Part shown: in pieces, positions 1-11,266 of the stretch
Position numbering within the stretch: the first letter of the stretch is position 1
Layout: each line of letters begins with the position of its first letter
From: Mustelus asterias
Lineage: Eukaryota
Length of the DNA: 64,000 bases
Reading direction: 5' to 3'
Assembly: GCF_964213995.1 (NCBI RefSeq)
Contig: NW_027590122.1
Location: forward strand, 1,054,001 to 1,118,000
The notes under the pieces: model-generated
The model's input: the letters and a program-made list of their open reading frames with translations, nothing else
The model's database searches: none
What the model was told of the DNA's origin: nothing
Translations under genes and position numbers: made by a program

Positions 1-781
1 TTTAAAGAAAGACTTTCGGGCATGTGGGCATCGCGGGCTCGGCCGCTATTTATTGTCCATCCCTAGTTGTCCTTCAGGAACTTTCTGACGCTCTTCTCAA
101 TTAGGTTTCTGCATTCAGTCGATTTTCTTACCAAATGTTCCAGTGTCTAGAGTACACCAAACCTGTCCTCCGAGATTATTAATAGAGATATTAATCATTG
201 TTCATTGGATTCTAAGCATGTATTGAAATAAACTTTTGTACCTTTACTGTTAAGGATTCTTAGTTTTAATATGTGTCAAGTGTTCATTGTGTTAATATGA
301 GTCACATTCTTCCGAACTCTTTCCAATGAAGTTTCTCTTCGATTCTCAGTTGATATTTTATTTCATTACTGTAACATTGAGAGATGTTTAATCAGGCTGT
401 TGTGATTATGAGGATTTGCCTCAGCAGGCGGGCATCAGTTTACACTATTGACTGACATATCAAACCAAACTGTATTCGTTTCTTTGCCCCGAGTTTCTTT
501 GAAACATCAGAACAAGGGTACAACTAGTTCAAGGCTACCTGCAGCATTTTGAATTCTCAATATTAGTGCCGATTTCCCGGTGATTCCAAATAAACAACAG
601 CTAATTCTTCCCTCGCACAGTGAATGTAATAATCAGACGGATTCTGTGAACGATTTTAGATGGTGTTTGTGTGAATTGTGGGCTGGTTTGCGTTCACAGG
701 AATGTATTGACGTGTTAGTGTATAACCCGCTGTTAGAAACAACACTCGACAGACAGCAGCTGTGACTCAGAAACTTGCGGC

Positions 782-820
782 AGTTTTTGTACGAGGATTT
801 CACTCGTTCTCATCACTGTG
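782..820 (-). other. 23-bp-spacer recombination signal sequence (RSS) of the V gene at 821-1124
   Basis: Minus strand reads CACAGTG, a 23-nt spacer (atgagaacgagtgaaatcctcgt), then ACAAAAACT, directly after the YYCAQS codons. Confidence 0.95.
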
Positions 821-1124
821 AGACTCTGTGCACAGTAATAGACCGCGGTGTCAGACAGCCGCAGCTCCGAAATAGTCACTCGGTACAAATTGTCTGACTG
901 CTGGACTGAATCAGAAAACCGAGTCCGAGCGAAATCCGCCTTTAATTCAAAACCGCCCTTCTTGTCTCTCCGGACTGCAAACTCAGGCTGTTTTCCTGGG
1001 TATTGACGATACCAAAATAAATAATAAGCATCGTCGGTAAAGGTGCAGTTTAAAGTGACATCTTCTCCCTCTGTCCGTGTGAGTGAGGATTCCCGCTGAG
1101 GAACAGAATCTCCATCGCTCAGAT
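821..1124 (-). CDS. TRAV: TCR alpha/delta variable (V) exon, open frame
   Basis: Follows a tttcag acceptor (phase 1). Translates LSDGDSVPQRESSLTRTEGEDVTLNCTFTDDAYYLFWYRQYPGKQPEFAVRRDKKGGFELKADFARTRFSDSVQQSDNLYRVTISELRLSDTAVYYCAQS, with canonical Cys, WYRQ, DTAVYYC and a 23-RSS. Confidence 0.93.
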
Positions 1125-1815
1125 CTGAAACACACGGTTAAAGAAAGGAAAAACATTGATTAAAAGTTCAATTGAACTAAGGGAGAAAATTCACTGACAG
1201 TGCAACATAAAAATATGTATTGAATGTATTGAATCATACCACATTCTCTCCAACTGATCTATGTTCCCGTTTACAGTCCCCTGGAGATTCCTCCCTCTCG
1301 CCTCTTCTCAATGCAGTTGTCCCTTTCTTCCTCAGCTGTTTAGTTTAGTTTACCTTTAAATAAGTATTTGCTCCTCTCCTCAAGTGTTCATTGTGTTAAT
1401 ATGAGTCACATTCTACCCAACTCTTTCTAAAGATGTTTCTCTCCGATTCCCAGTTGATCTATTTGTTTCATTAGAATTTTGGGACATATATTTGGATTCC
1501 TCCTACAAGTGGAATCATCCTCTCCCCGTCCACCACACCAATCCTCGTTATCATTATAAATAGATCAGTCAGGTTTGCGTTAGTTTCTTTGGTCAGTCGA
1601 GAAAGTAATCATAATCTTGCATTCTGATAGCTCTCATCTCCCAATCCGAGTACCATTTCTCGAAATCGCCTTTTCAGTGTGCTTTTCGAATCTATTTTCA
1701 AAAGACTAAAACCACTCGCAAGAATTCATTTGTCCAATACCTGTATAACATGAATGTCCTGCTTTTCAACTTTATTCCTCCAGAAAATAACTCATTTTTA
1801 AAGTATTAAACTCAT

Positions 1816-1861
1816 CAACAATGAATGTCACCCAGATCAGAGTGAAAACGGGGAGCCGCAT
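1816..1861 (-). CDS. Leader exon of the V gene at 821-1124 (splice donor appears mutated)
   Basis: Encodes MRLPVFTLIWVTFIV plus 1 nt (46 nt, phase 1 matches the V exon). It is followed by ATGAGT instead of GTGAGT. Confidence 0.75.
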
Positions 1862-1934
1862 TGCTGCTGCTCCTGGATTCCAGGGACTTGTTTCTCCAAA
1901 AGCTGCAGAAGCTTGAACAAGATAAAGCTGAGAG

Positions 1935-1960
1935 CATTGGCTGTGGCTGATCTGACGTCA
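1935..1960 (-). promoter_or_regulatory. V-gene promoter elements (CCAAT box and CRE)
   Basis: ATTGG (CCAAT on the minus strand) at 1936-1940 and a perfect TGACGTCA at 1953-1960, 75-100 bp upstream of the leader ATG. CRE motifs are typical of TCR V promoters. Confidence 0.65.
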
Positions 1961-2148
1961 CACCCTACAGAACCTATGGTCGGAAGAGTGGAGAGCACTG
2001 ATTAGAGAATAAAGAGCTGATTGGATACCACAATCTACAAATTGGTTTATTCCTGGCAGCGTCATCAGCTGATATCCAATAAACTCCTGGGCTCTTTGCT
2101 CTGGATTCATCCAATTAGCTGAGAGCTCCTTTCTGCGCTAATTCATGA

Positions 2149-2224
2149 CAGTAAGAACTCTCACAACACCAGGTTAAAGTCCAACAGGTTTATTTGGTAG
2201 CACAAGCTTCCGGAGCGCTGCTCC
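2149..2224 (-). mobile_element. Penelope-like terminal repeat fragment (degenerate hammerhead)
   Basis: Shares cagtaagaa..caacaccaggttaaagtccaacaggtttatttgg..cggagcgctgctcc with the copies at 5869, 9892 and 63682. Confidence 0.6.
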
Positions 2225-2439
2225 GAGAATCAGACAAACTGGGAGCACCAGCTCAGTACAATAAATTTTCAGCATTCTTAATATCGCAATCCGTCAACAG
2301 TATAAAATTTTAGAAAATGCTCATTAGAATGCATGCCTCTATTTCAGGTTTTATTTCTCTCATTGTTTTTCTGAATGAAATAACTGAATATTGTTTCAAA
2401 AGATGTATAGGAGGAATTGTCTTGGGTTTGGATAAACTT

Positions 2440-2860
2440 GATTTGATTTGATTTAGCATTTTCACAAACACTGGTCTACAGTGGAAAGTATTGTTTCTTG
2501 CATGCTATACAGACAAAGTTTACCATACATAGAGAACATAGGGGAGAAGGACAGGAGAGGGTGCAGGATGCAGTGTTACAATTAAAACCAGGGTGTAGAG
2601 AAATAACAGCTTAATGTATGGTAGATCCATTTAAAAGTCCGATGGCAGCAGGGGAGAAGCCGTCCTTCAGTCGGTTGGTACGTGACCTCAGACATCCGTT
2701 TCTTTTTCCCAACGGAATAAGGTGGAGAAGCGTATGCCCGGTGTGCATGGGGTCCTTGATTATGCCGGGCGCTTTTCTGAGGCAGCGGGAAGTGTAGACA
2801 GAGTCAGTGGATGGGAGGCTGGTTTGCGTGATGGACCAAGTTTCCTTCAGGACTCTTTGT
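2440..2860 (-). mobile_element. Rex1/Babar-type LINE 3' fragment
   Basis: The end of ORF 2611-3171 (SITQTSLPSTDSVYTSRCLRKAPGIIKDP...RTNRLKDGFSPAAIGLLN) resembles a Rex1 RT C-terminus. A related copy lies at 52.6-53.4 kb. Confidence 0.65.
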
Positions 2861-3169
2861 AAAGAGCAGGGATGTGGACTTATTTGGATAGCCCATGCGA
2901 AGTCCTGGCACAGGCACAATAGGTCAACAGACTCCTCCTTGTCTGTACGGTGCACAGATCTCCGTCTGCAACTGAAGTGACTGAACAAATAACTGCTGTC
3001 GGTGCAGACCTGGCTCAATATCGCGGTGATGATATTAATTTGGATTAACCTTTCCCGCACAACAGTCAAGAGCTCAACGTTAACAAAATACATAGAAATA
3101 AAGAGCAGTAAAATGCTAACATGCTTCAGCCGGCCCGAGTAACCATTTTCCTGAGGAATGGATAGCACC

Positions 3170-5000
3170 ATAGAGTCATAGAGTCATATAAGTTTACAAC
3201 ATGGAAACAGGCCCTTTGACCCAACTTGTCCATGCTGCCCTTTTTTTCAAACCCTGAAGCTAGTCCCAATTGCCCGCATTTGGCTCATATCCCTCTATAC
3301 CCATCAGACCCATGTAACTTTCTAAATGCTTTTCAAAAGACAAAATTGTACCCGCGTCTACTAATACCTCTGGCAGCTTGTTCCAGACACTCACCACCCT
3401 CTGTGTGAAAAAATTGCCCCTCTGGACACTTTTGTACGGTCTCCCTCTCACCTTAAACCTATGCCTCTAGCTTTAGACTCCCCCACCATTGGGAAAAGAT
3501 ATTGACTATCTAGCTGATCTACCCCTCATTATTTTATAGACCTATGTAAGATCACCCCTCAGCCTTCGACGCTCCAGAGAAAAAAAGTCCCAGTCTATCC
3601 AGCCTCTCCTTACAACTCAAACCATCAAGTCCCGGTAGCATCCTAGTAAATATTGTCTCCACTCTTTCTAGTTTAATAATATCCTTTCTATAATAGGGTG
3701 ACCAGAAATGTACACAATATTCTAAGTGTGGCCTTACCAATGTCTTGTACAACTTCAAAAAGACGTCCTAACTACTGTATTCAATGCTCTAACCAATGAA
3801 AACAACCATTCTGAATGCCGTCTTCACCACTCTGTCCACCCGTGACTGTACTTTCAAGGAGCGATGAACATGTACCCCTAGATGTCTTTGTTCTGTAACT
3901 CTCCCCAACGCCCTACCATTAACTGAGTAAGTCCTGCCTTGGTTCAATCTACCAAAATGCATCACCTCGCATTTATCTAAACTAAATTCCATCTGCATTC
4001 GTCAGCCCACTGGTCAATTGATCAAGATCCCGTTGCAGTCCGAGAAAACCTTCTTCAATGTGTACTATGCCACCAATCTTGGTGTCATCTGGAAACTTAC
4101 TAACCATGCCTCCTATATTCTCATCCAAATCATTAATATAAATGACAAATAACAGCGGACCCAGTACTGATCCCTCAGGCAAACCTCTGGTCACAGGCCT
4201 CCAGTTTGAAAAACAACCCTCGGCAATTACCCTCTGGCTTGTGTCATCAACCCAATTTTGTATCCATTTAGCTACGTCGCCCTGGATCCCATGATATTTA
4301 ACCTTATGCAACAACCTGCCATGCGGTACCTTGTGAAAAGCCTTGCTAAAGTCCATGTAGACAACATCACCTGCACTGCCCTCATCTACCTTCTTGGTTA
4401 CCCCTTCAAAAAGCATAATCAAGTTTGTGAGACATGATTTTTCCACTCACAAAGCCATGCTGAATGTCCCTAATCAGTTCCTGCGTCTCTAAATTCCTGC
4501 AGATCTTGCCTCTCAAAATACCTTACAACTTACCCACCACAGGTATGAGGCTCACTGGCCTGTAGTTCCCAGGCTTTTCCCTGCAGCCCTTTTAAAACAA
4601 AGGCACAACATTTGCCTCCCTCAAATCTTCAGGCACATCACCTGTGACTGTCGATGATTCAAATATCTCTGCTGGGGGACTCGCAATTTCCTCCCTCGCC
4701 TCCTACAATGTCCTGGGATACATTTAATCAGATCCCGGGGATTTATCCACCTTGATGCGCTTTAAGACTTCCAACACCTCCTTCTCAGTAATATGTACAC
4801 TCCTCAAGACATCACTATTTATTTCCCCAAGGCCCCGAACATCTATGCTTTTCTCAACAATAAATACTTATAAGAAATATTCATTTCGGATCTGACCCAG
4901 CTGTTGTGGATCCGCACATCGATGACCTAGTTGATCCTTAACAGACCCTACTCTCTTCCTTGTTACTCTTTTGCCTTTTATGTATTTGTAGAAGCTCTTT
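3170..5000 (-). mobile_element. CR1 LINE, 5'-truncated and degenerate
   Basis: ORFs carry CR1 RT motifs (YMDFSKAF, GSVLGPLLF, RPHLEYCV, FFTQRVV), and there is an (agagtcat)-type 3' tail near 3172. Confidence 0.9.
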
Positions 5001-5868
5001 GTATTCACCAGTAGTTCACAATGTAGTCAACTTACTGAAGGGCGCAGTGACAGCTGTGAGGATTGTGAACTCGCAAACTGGGACGTTGTGCTTTTTTCCA
5101 AAAGAAAACTTATTCATAAAGTATCTGAAAGAACATTACAAAATACTTCAAAATGGCCATAACAGCAAGTGCAATAACATTCAAGGTTTCGACAATGAAG
5201 CTGTTGCACTCAGTGTATAATTAAAGGAACATTACAGAATTTTTCAGAACGGTTTTTACAGAAAGTGCAATAACGTTTCGGTTTCGGACACAGATAATTT
5301 TGCACGCTGACGCGCTTCAACGCATTCAATGAAACATTACAGAACGTTGCAAAATGGTTATTTCAGAAAGTGCAGTGATACTGAAGTTTTCTGCAAAGAT
5401 AATGTTGCACATTGAAGAGCTTCAGTGCAATCAATGAAACATAATACATATTTCAAGATCGTCAATACAGGAAGGGCGATGTTATTTAGGTTGTCTACAT
5501 TGAACAAGTTACACTCTCAGGTGCTTCAGTAGAATTGCGAGAGGTGTAATATTCACTGCATTCATTCAATGTGAGTCCAACAGCACGGGGCGTTCATGTG
5601 TGTTCTGCTCCCCTCAGATCACAATGGCCGAAAGGTCGCAGTTTTCCCCATTGCGCCTTTGCAGCAACTGCCTCACGGTTTAGTGCGTCCCTCAATCGGT
5701 AGTCCTGCGCCCTGGAATGTGTTGTCTGCAACACTCGATCGAGGACAATTCTTTGCACATGAAGATCAACTGGTTTCGGGAAGGCAAATAGTGTATTTTA
5801 CCGAGTTGAAAATTCTCCAACAGCAATTGGTGCTTGTCTCGGTTTGTCCCTGGGAACAGCCCGTAGAC

Positions 5869-6008
5869 ATGATGAGGAGATGCCGGCGTTGGACTGGGGT
5901 GAACACAGTAAGAAGTCTCACAACACCAGGTTAAAGTCCAACAGGTTTATTTGGCAGCAAATACCATGAGCTTTCGGAGCGCTGCTCCTTCGTCAGATGG
6001 AGTGGAAA
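5869..6008 (-). mobile_element. Penelope-like terminal repeat insertion
   Basis: Same family as the copies at 2149, 9892 and 63682. It splits the host LINE and contains a hammerhead core. Confidence 0.65.
5964..6000 (-). ncRNA. Minimal type I hammerhead ribozyme (Penelope-like element type)
   Basis: Minus strand reads CCAT-CTGACGA-A-GGAGC-AGC-GCTCC-GAAA-GCTC-ATGG. Stem I is CCAT/ATGG, the core is CUGANGA, stem II is GGAGC/GCTCC, followed by GAAA, a palindromic AGCT mini stem III and a CUC cleavage triplet. Confidence 0.8.
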
Positions 6009-7489
6009 GCACAGAGTCCTTCGTCACGGAGTTGCTTAGGATGAACCTCGACCAATAAAAAAAGCTTCTCATCACCTCGGGATATAACTGGATAGTTTAT
6101 CTGCTACGTTCGGGTTTTGTGTCTCAGTGACTCACTGACACAGTAACACACCCCAGCGCCTGATACCGATGTGCTGTCTCCATTAGGACTGGTCAAAGGT
6201 CTTGTTGAGTGAATGAAGAGTTTGAAGAGTCTGTGGTGTTTCTGCTAACAGATGAAATGACAAATTTCAGGCCACGGTTCTGTTGCAGGCTGAACGAGCG
6301 GATGCTCTCAGGGCATCAGGTGATTGTATTTCATTGGATTTCAATCGATTGTCACTCTTGTGTTAATATCTGCTGTGATTGAGAGGTCGCAGACACTCCA
6401 CCGATAATTGTCCATGCAAAAGTAAGTTGTTTTTTATGGTCAACACTCTCCTTCCAAAATTGCTCACTTAAAATCAAAACGGGAAGCTGCAATTCCACTA
6501 ATTGCCGTTTCCTGGTTTCTGCATTCTCTCGATCCAGAATATTAAAGGAGTATGACGTCAATGGAGGTTTAATGGAATACGTAATCATATATATTACTTC
6601 CATGGTAAATATCTTTCATATCGTCACCGAGGACAAAGTAGAAATGCAACACTGATGTGTGGTTTTCGATAAGTTGCCTTGGGACAGAATTTTCATATAT
6701 CCTTTTCAGTAAAAGGCAGAATTATCTCCTTTGCTCAGCCAACTCGGAGTTTCAAAGTCGCAAATGTTTAGCTCAGTTTCTCTCTCCACAGAGTCTTTCC
6801 AGCAATTTTCTGTTTTTATTTCAGATCTCCCTATCATATGTACACATAGACATGCATTATTTCATATTGGCACCGAGAACATTCCTGTCGGTTGCAATTC
6901 CTCCTGTGTTTCATTATATCCAAGGAAATGACTAATAACGGCATTTGGTGTGGAAATTAATATTTGATATTAATGCGGGAGTGTTTGATATGTCTGTCGA
7001 TATGTTGGGCGTTGGATATACATGATTTGTACTATGTGCATTGGCTGCAAGTTGTTGATTAATCTCACTCCGAACAACAGCAACATGCATCACATTCTGG
7101 AGTACTTCCATGGAGTGGAATGTAAAATGACTACTGGAATTTTTTCAAAGTATCAAAATATTACGATGGACCTGAGCACCAGCTGATGGTCCATTATGCG
7201 GGATATCTGTTATTGAAACCTGTAAGGGAGAGACAAGGGAGAAATGTAGGTGGAGATATGGGAAGAAAACAAGAGGGATTGAATAATTGGAATTGGAGGC
7301 GAGACCTGGAGTTAAGCAGAGCAAGAACCGGTGATATAAATGAATGAATCAGGAATAGATTTAGAGGAAGATACAATCAGAGAAACAGCTGCAGCAAAAT
7401 AGACAAATACGAACTAAAAAATGGGGAATATTTGTTCCAAGTGTTATTTTCACTCCCAGATATTTGATACATTCTGTGTTTTGTTGCAG

Positions 7490-7780
7490 AAATAGTGATG
7501 ATTCTGTGTCCAATGATCAATCTGAATTAAGGGTTCTCCAAGCACAGAGCATAATGCTGTATTGTAAATACTCGACAGCTACTCTCCCTACTCTGTTCCT
7601 GTATCCCAGCCAAACTCCGAGATATTTAATGAGGATTTATAGCTCGGAGGATGTGGAAAAATATTGCCTACTTTGTACAAAGGAACACTGTTCCTCAAAT
7701 GTCACCAGGACGCTTCTCTCCGATACCCCCTTGTGTTTCTGCTGCAGAGATAGAACGGATCCCGGAGAAAAGCACCGCAC
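7490..7780 (+). pseudogene. Inverted, degenerate TCR alpha/delta V pseudogene
   Basis: After a ttgcag acceptor it reads DDSVSNDQSELRVLQAQSIMLYCKYSTATLPTLFLYPSQTPRYLMRIYSS...LLSDTPLCFC. FR1, FR2 and FR3 are recognisable, but WYRQ is deleted, FR3 is shortened and there is no clean RSS. Confidence 0.6.
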
Positions 7781-8439
7781 TTAGTGATCAGCAGAGGGCG
7801 CGCTCACCCGAAAAACAGGAATAATAAGTGAGAGTAACAGAAATGTATTATAATTCCGAGCGAAGGCACTCACCAAAGTGAGTTAGTGGTGCGTCAGCTG
7901 ACATTTTGTCTTTGGTGTTATTTCCTAGTCTGTATCAATTATTGGCCAGCCCTTTCCCATCTCCCCTTTCCGTTTCTCGGTCCATTTGATCACAGTCGGT
8001 ACACAGCGTGTGTGTGAATGCTTTTTTGCGAATATTACTGAATTTCCCCACAATGCCACTGTCATTTCGAGCGTAATTTTCGAGCGTAAATTTGTTGTTT
8101 CCTGACACCTTTTACGGACCAGAATCTCTGCCTTACCATAACTAGATCAGGATTTTCTTCTGATGTGAATATCACCAAAGGACACCTTGCCCCGATAAGG
8201 ACATTAATTATATCCCAGTTCAGTGTTCTTCCATTTACTCGCAGTCACCTCACCAGACTGGGAATTGTGGACAAAACATGTCGCACATTTTCTCTCTGTT
8301 CGCAAGCATGGTTTGAATCACAAATTTAAACTCACTACCGTCTTATTTCTTTTTTTCGGGTTTGAACCTTGGAGATTTTGTCATTCAGCCACTGTCCTTT
8401 GATGTTATCAGTGATCGGTGGATATGTACGTCGAGATCT

Positions 8440-8822
8440 CTCTGCTTATCAATACTCCGAAGGGTTCTATCTTTCCTATATAATCCCGACATGCATTGGA
8501 CCTTCCAAAATGCATTATCTCACACTTGTCCAGAATAAACTCCATCTGCCATTTTTCCGCCCCAGTCTCCAACCGGTTTATCTTTTGCAGTAGCTGTATC
8601 CTCTGACAATCCTCTTCACTCTCCGCAACTCCACAAATTTTTGTGTCGTCTGTGAACTTACAATTATACCAGTTACATTTTCCTCCAAATCATTTACATA
8701 TACTACGAACAGCAAAGGTTCCGGAACTGATCCCTGTGGATCATGGCTAGTCACAGCCTTCCAGTCAGAAAATCACCCCTCTACCGCTACCCTCTGTCTT
8801 CTATGGCTAAACCTGTTCTGTA
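8440..8822 (-). mobile_element. CR1 LINE RT fragment
   Basis: Degenerate reverse complement of the CR1 RT region, as in the other copies (aaaatgcattatctcacacttgtc...actgatccctgtgga). Confidence 0.7.
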
Positions 8823-9008
8823 AACCCCGCAGAGAACATACAGCGCATGTGCAGTTTCGCCTTCGGCATCTTTCATGTTAAATTAATAATTGTATTTTTA
8901 TTTACATATAAATCACCTCCTGGTGGCCTGTCTGGTTCAGAATTTCAGTCACTTTCTCCATTTCTGAACAGTCGTTTTTTTTTTCTTTTTTCTTTAAAAT
9001 AAACGGTG

Positions 9009-9018
9009 GTGACGTCAC
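9009..9018. promoter_or_regulatory. Perfect palindromic CRE (GTGACGTCAC) in a GC-rich non-repetitive island
   Basis: 10-bp palindrome with a nearby GC box (ccccgcct) and CAGCTG E-boxes. Function is inferred only. Confidence 0.4.
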
Positions 9019-9891
9019 TGGAATAGGACGGCCAGTCCTTCCCCGCCTCTGGCTCCTGATGTTCCGCCAAAGAGCTGCAGCTGGTCCAGGGTACGGCCAA
9101 GATGTGACACTGTGAGGAGCAGCAACAGCAGCTGCAGGGAGTGTCCCAGTGACCCCTGGAGCCAGGAGGTGAAAGAACAGCAAGCATAGTCTCTGCCCAA
9201 TGGCTACCCCCAGGTCAGTTGTTCAGTGACAGTGGGAACCTCTTACATTTAATCTTCAGCTTCTCAGATTCACCTCCATCCATCCCTCCATCCATTGCTC
9301 CCTTGCTCGATCGGTCCCTCGATCCATCCATCCGTCCATCCCTTCCTCCCTCCATCCATCCCTACATGTGTCCCTCCATTCACACAACAAGAACTATTCA
9401 GTCTGCACAGCAGCTTCAGTCTCATTCCCCAAGTTTGTTTTCCACCCTTTATCACTCCAATTCTTCTCCCACATGTTTCACATCATTACATTATAACACA
9501 AACTTGATAACCTCTCCAATTTGACATTTGTTCAGGGGTACAGACAGCAGATAAATGATCAACTACAACCCCACTCTGGGCTATGGCGATACATTTATAC
9601 ATTATCTCATCACACAATAAAACCCACACACCGGTTTTAAGTTTGTTTCCGTTACCCAGCAGGTTGAGTAAACTGAAATTGACATCAAGACTTTATGGTC
9701 TCTGTCTCTGTGTTTGTGAGACTGTCCGTAATAGTGTGTATGTCTGTGTGTGTGTGTCTCTGTGTGTTCTTCTGAGAGTATATGTTTTTAATTTTGTTGT
9801 ATTTGATTTATTATTGTCATGTGTATTAGTATGCAGTGAAAAGTATTGTTTCTTGCGCGCTATACAAACAAAGCATACCGCACATAGAGAA

Positions 9892-10000
9892 CAGTAAGAA
9901 GGCTCAAAACGCCAGGTTAAGGTTTATTTGGAATCACGAGCTTTCGGAGCGCTGCTCCTTCATTACGTGAGTGGAAAGGTAGGTTTCACAAACACGGCAT
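9892..10000 (-). mobile_element. Penelope-like terminal repeat with a mutated hammerhead, inside a Rex1 3' UTR fragment
   Basis: Minus strand 9934-9970 reads TCAC-GTAATGA-AGGAGCAGCGCTCC-GAAA-GCTC-GTGA. Confidence 0.6.
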
Positions 10001-10219
10001 TACACGCACATAGAAAAGGAAAGGAGAGATTGCAGAATGTAATGTTACAGTCATAGCTAGGGTGTAGAGAAAGATCAATTTAATTAAAACATTGTTATAG
10101 ATTTCAAAAGAATTAGAATAGAGTTTTAGAAGCAAAGACCGAGAGTAAAAGATAACATCAGAGAGATGCGGGGCACAGCATGCAATAAGTCGCTATGGTC
10201 CGACGCCATCCTGATTTTT

Positions 10220-10352
10220 TTTGGTTTGTCTCTGTGTTTCTCTGAGAGTGTGTGTGTGTTTGCTTTTGTCTGAGTATGTATTCGTATGTGTCCGTATGTG
10301 CGACTTTGCTTGTGTCTATTTCTCTGAGATCGTGTGACTGTTTTTGCCTGAG

Positions 10353-10388
<36 letters not shown>

Positions 10389-11265
10389 TGTGCTTGTGTC
10401 TGTTTGATTGCCTGTTCATGTGTGTGTATTATGCTGAAAGTGCGTGTCTGTGAGTTTACAACCTTGCCTATGTTGCTTGACTGAGATCATATGTGTGCCT
10501 ATGTTGGACTGTGTGCGTGTGTTTCTGTGTGCGTGACTGTGTTTGCCTGGGTGTTTGTGTGTGTGTGTGTTGGTGCCTACGTGTTTTTCTGTGATTGTAT
10601 GTATGCCTGAGTGTTTGACTGAGTGCTTATGTGTTTGTCTCTAAGTGTGTGTGTTTTGTCTGAGAGATTGTGTGTATCTGTGTGTTTGCATCAGAGTGAA
10701 TTTGTATGTGTGTGCCTGTGTGTTCGTTTGATAGTACAGCTGTGTGTGGGTCTGTGTGTGTATATTTGCCAGCGAGTGTGTCTGTGTGTGCATGCATGTC
10801 TGAGAGTGTATGTTTTCTTTGTCTGAATTTTTCTCTGTATATGGCTGTGTGCAAGAGTTTGCTTGTGTGTGTTTGTCTGAGTGTGTTCTTGTGATTGTAT
10901 CTTTGTCTGTGAGTGTGTGTGTGTGCCTGTGTTTTTCTGAGCGTTTCTCTGTGTTTGCGAGTTTTCCTGCGTCTGTTCGTCTCAGAAATAAGTGTGCCTG
11001 CATTTGCCTGTGTGTTTGCGTGTATGTTTTCTGTACTTTTCTAAATGCGTGTGTGTTTGTGTCTGTGTGTGTGTGCATGTATTTGTCTGACAGCGTGTCT
11101 GTGTGTCTGAAAGAGAGAGAAAGTATGTGTGTGCCTGTGGGTGCGTGCGTGTGTTTGTCTGAGCGAGTATATCTGTGTATGGGCCTGTGTGTGCGAGTTT
11201 GCCTGTATCGATTTTTGTGAGATCCTGTGTGTGTGTTTCTGTGTGTGTGTGCTCGTGACTGTTTC
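10220..11265. repeat. Degenerate (TG)n microsatellite region
   Basis: Long TG/CA-rich low-complexity tract. The ORFs predicted here are compositional artefacts. Confidence 0.9.
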
Positions 11266-11266
11266 C

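Larger units (their letters stand above)
5110..6070 (-). mobile_element. Tx1/L1-like LINE 3' end with a ~100-bp tandem-repeated 3' UTR, interrupted by a Penelope-like repeat
   Basis: Minus-strand remnants read SRFILSNSVTKDSVL / YGLFPGT. Four imperfect ~100-bp units starting aacattaca/aacataata lie at about 5130-5530. Confidence 0.5.

Noticed and set aside
5130-5530. Four ~100-bp tandem units as a possible CRISPR-like or regulatory array
   Set aside because: The context is eukaryotic, there is no repeat-spacer structure, and a LINE 3' UTR explains the units better.
7866-7905. Short minus-strand ATG...G|gtgagt exon (MSADAPLTHF)
   Set aside because: It is too short and not hydrophobic enough for a leader, and there is no intact V to splice to.
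9085-9150. Leader-like LQLLLLLLTVSHLG stretch containing CACAGTG
   Set aside because: It has no suitable start codon, donor or nonamer, and the CTG-rich sequence explains the Leu run.
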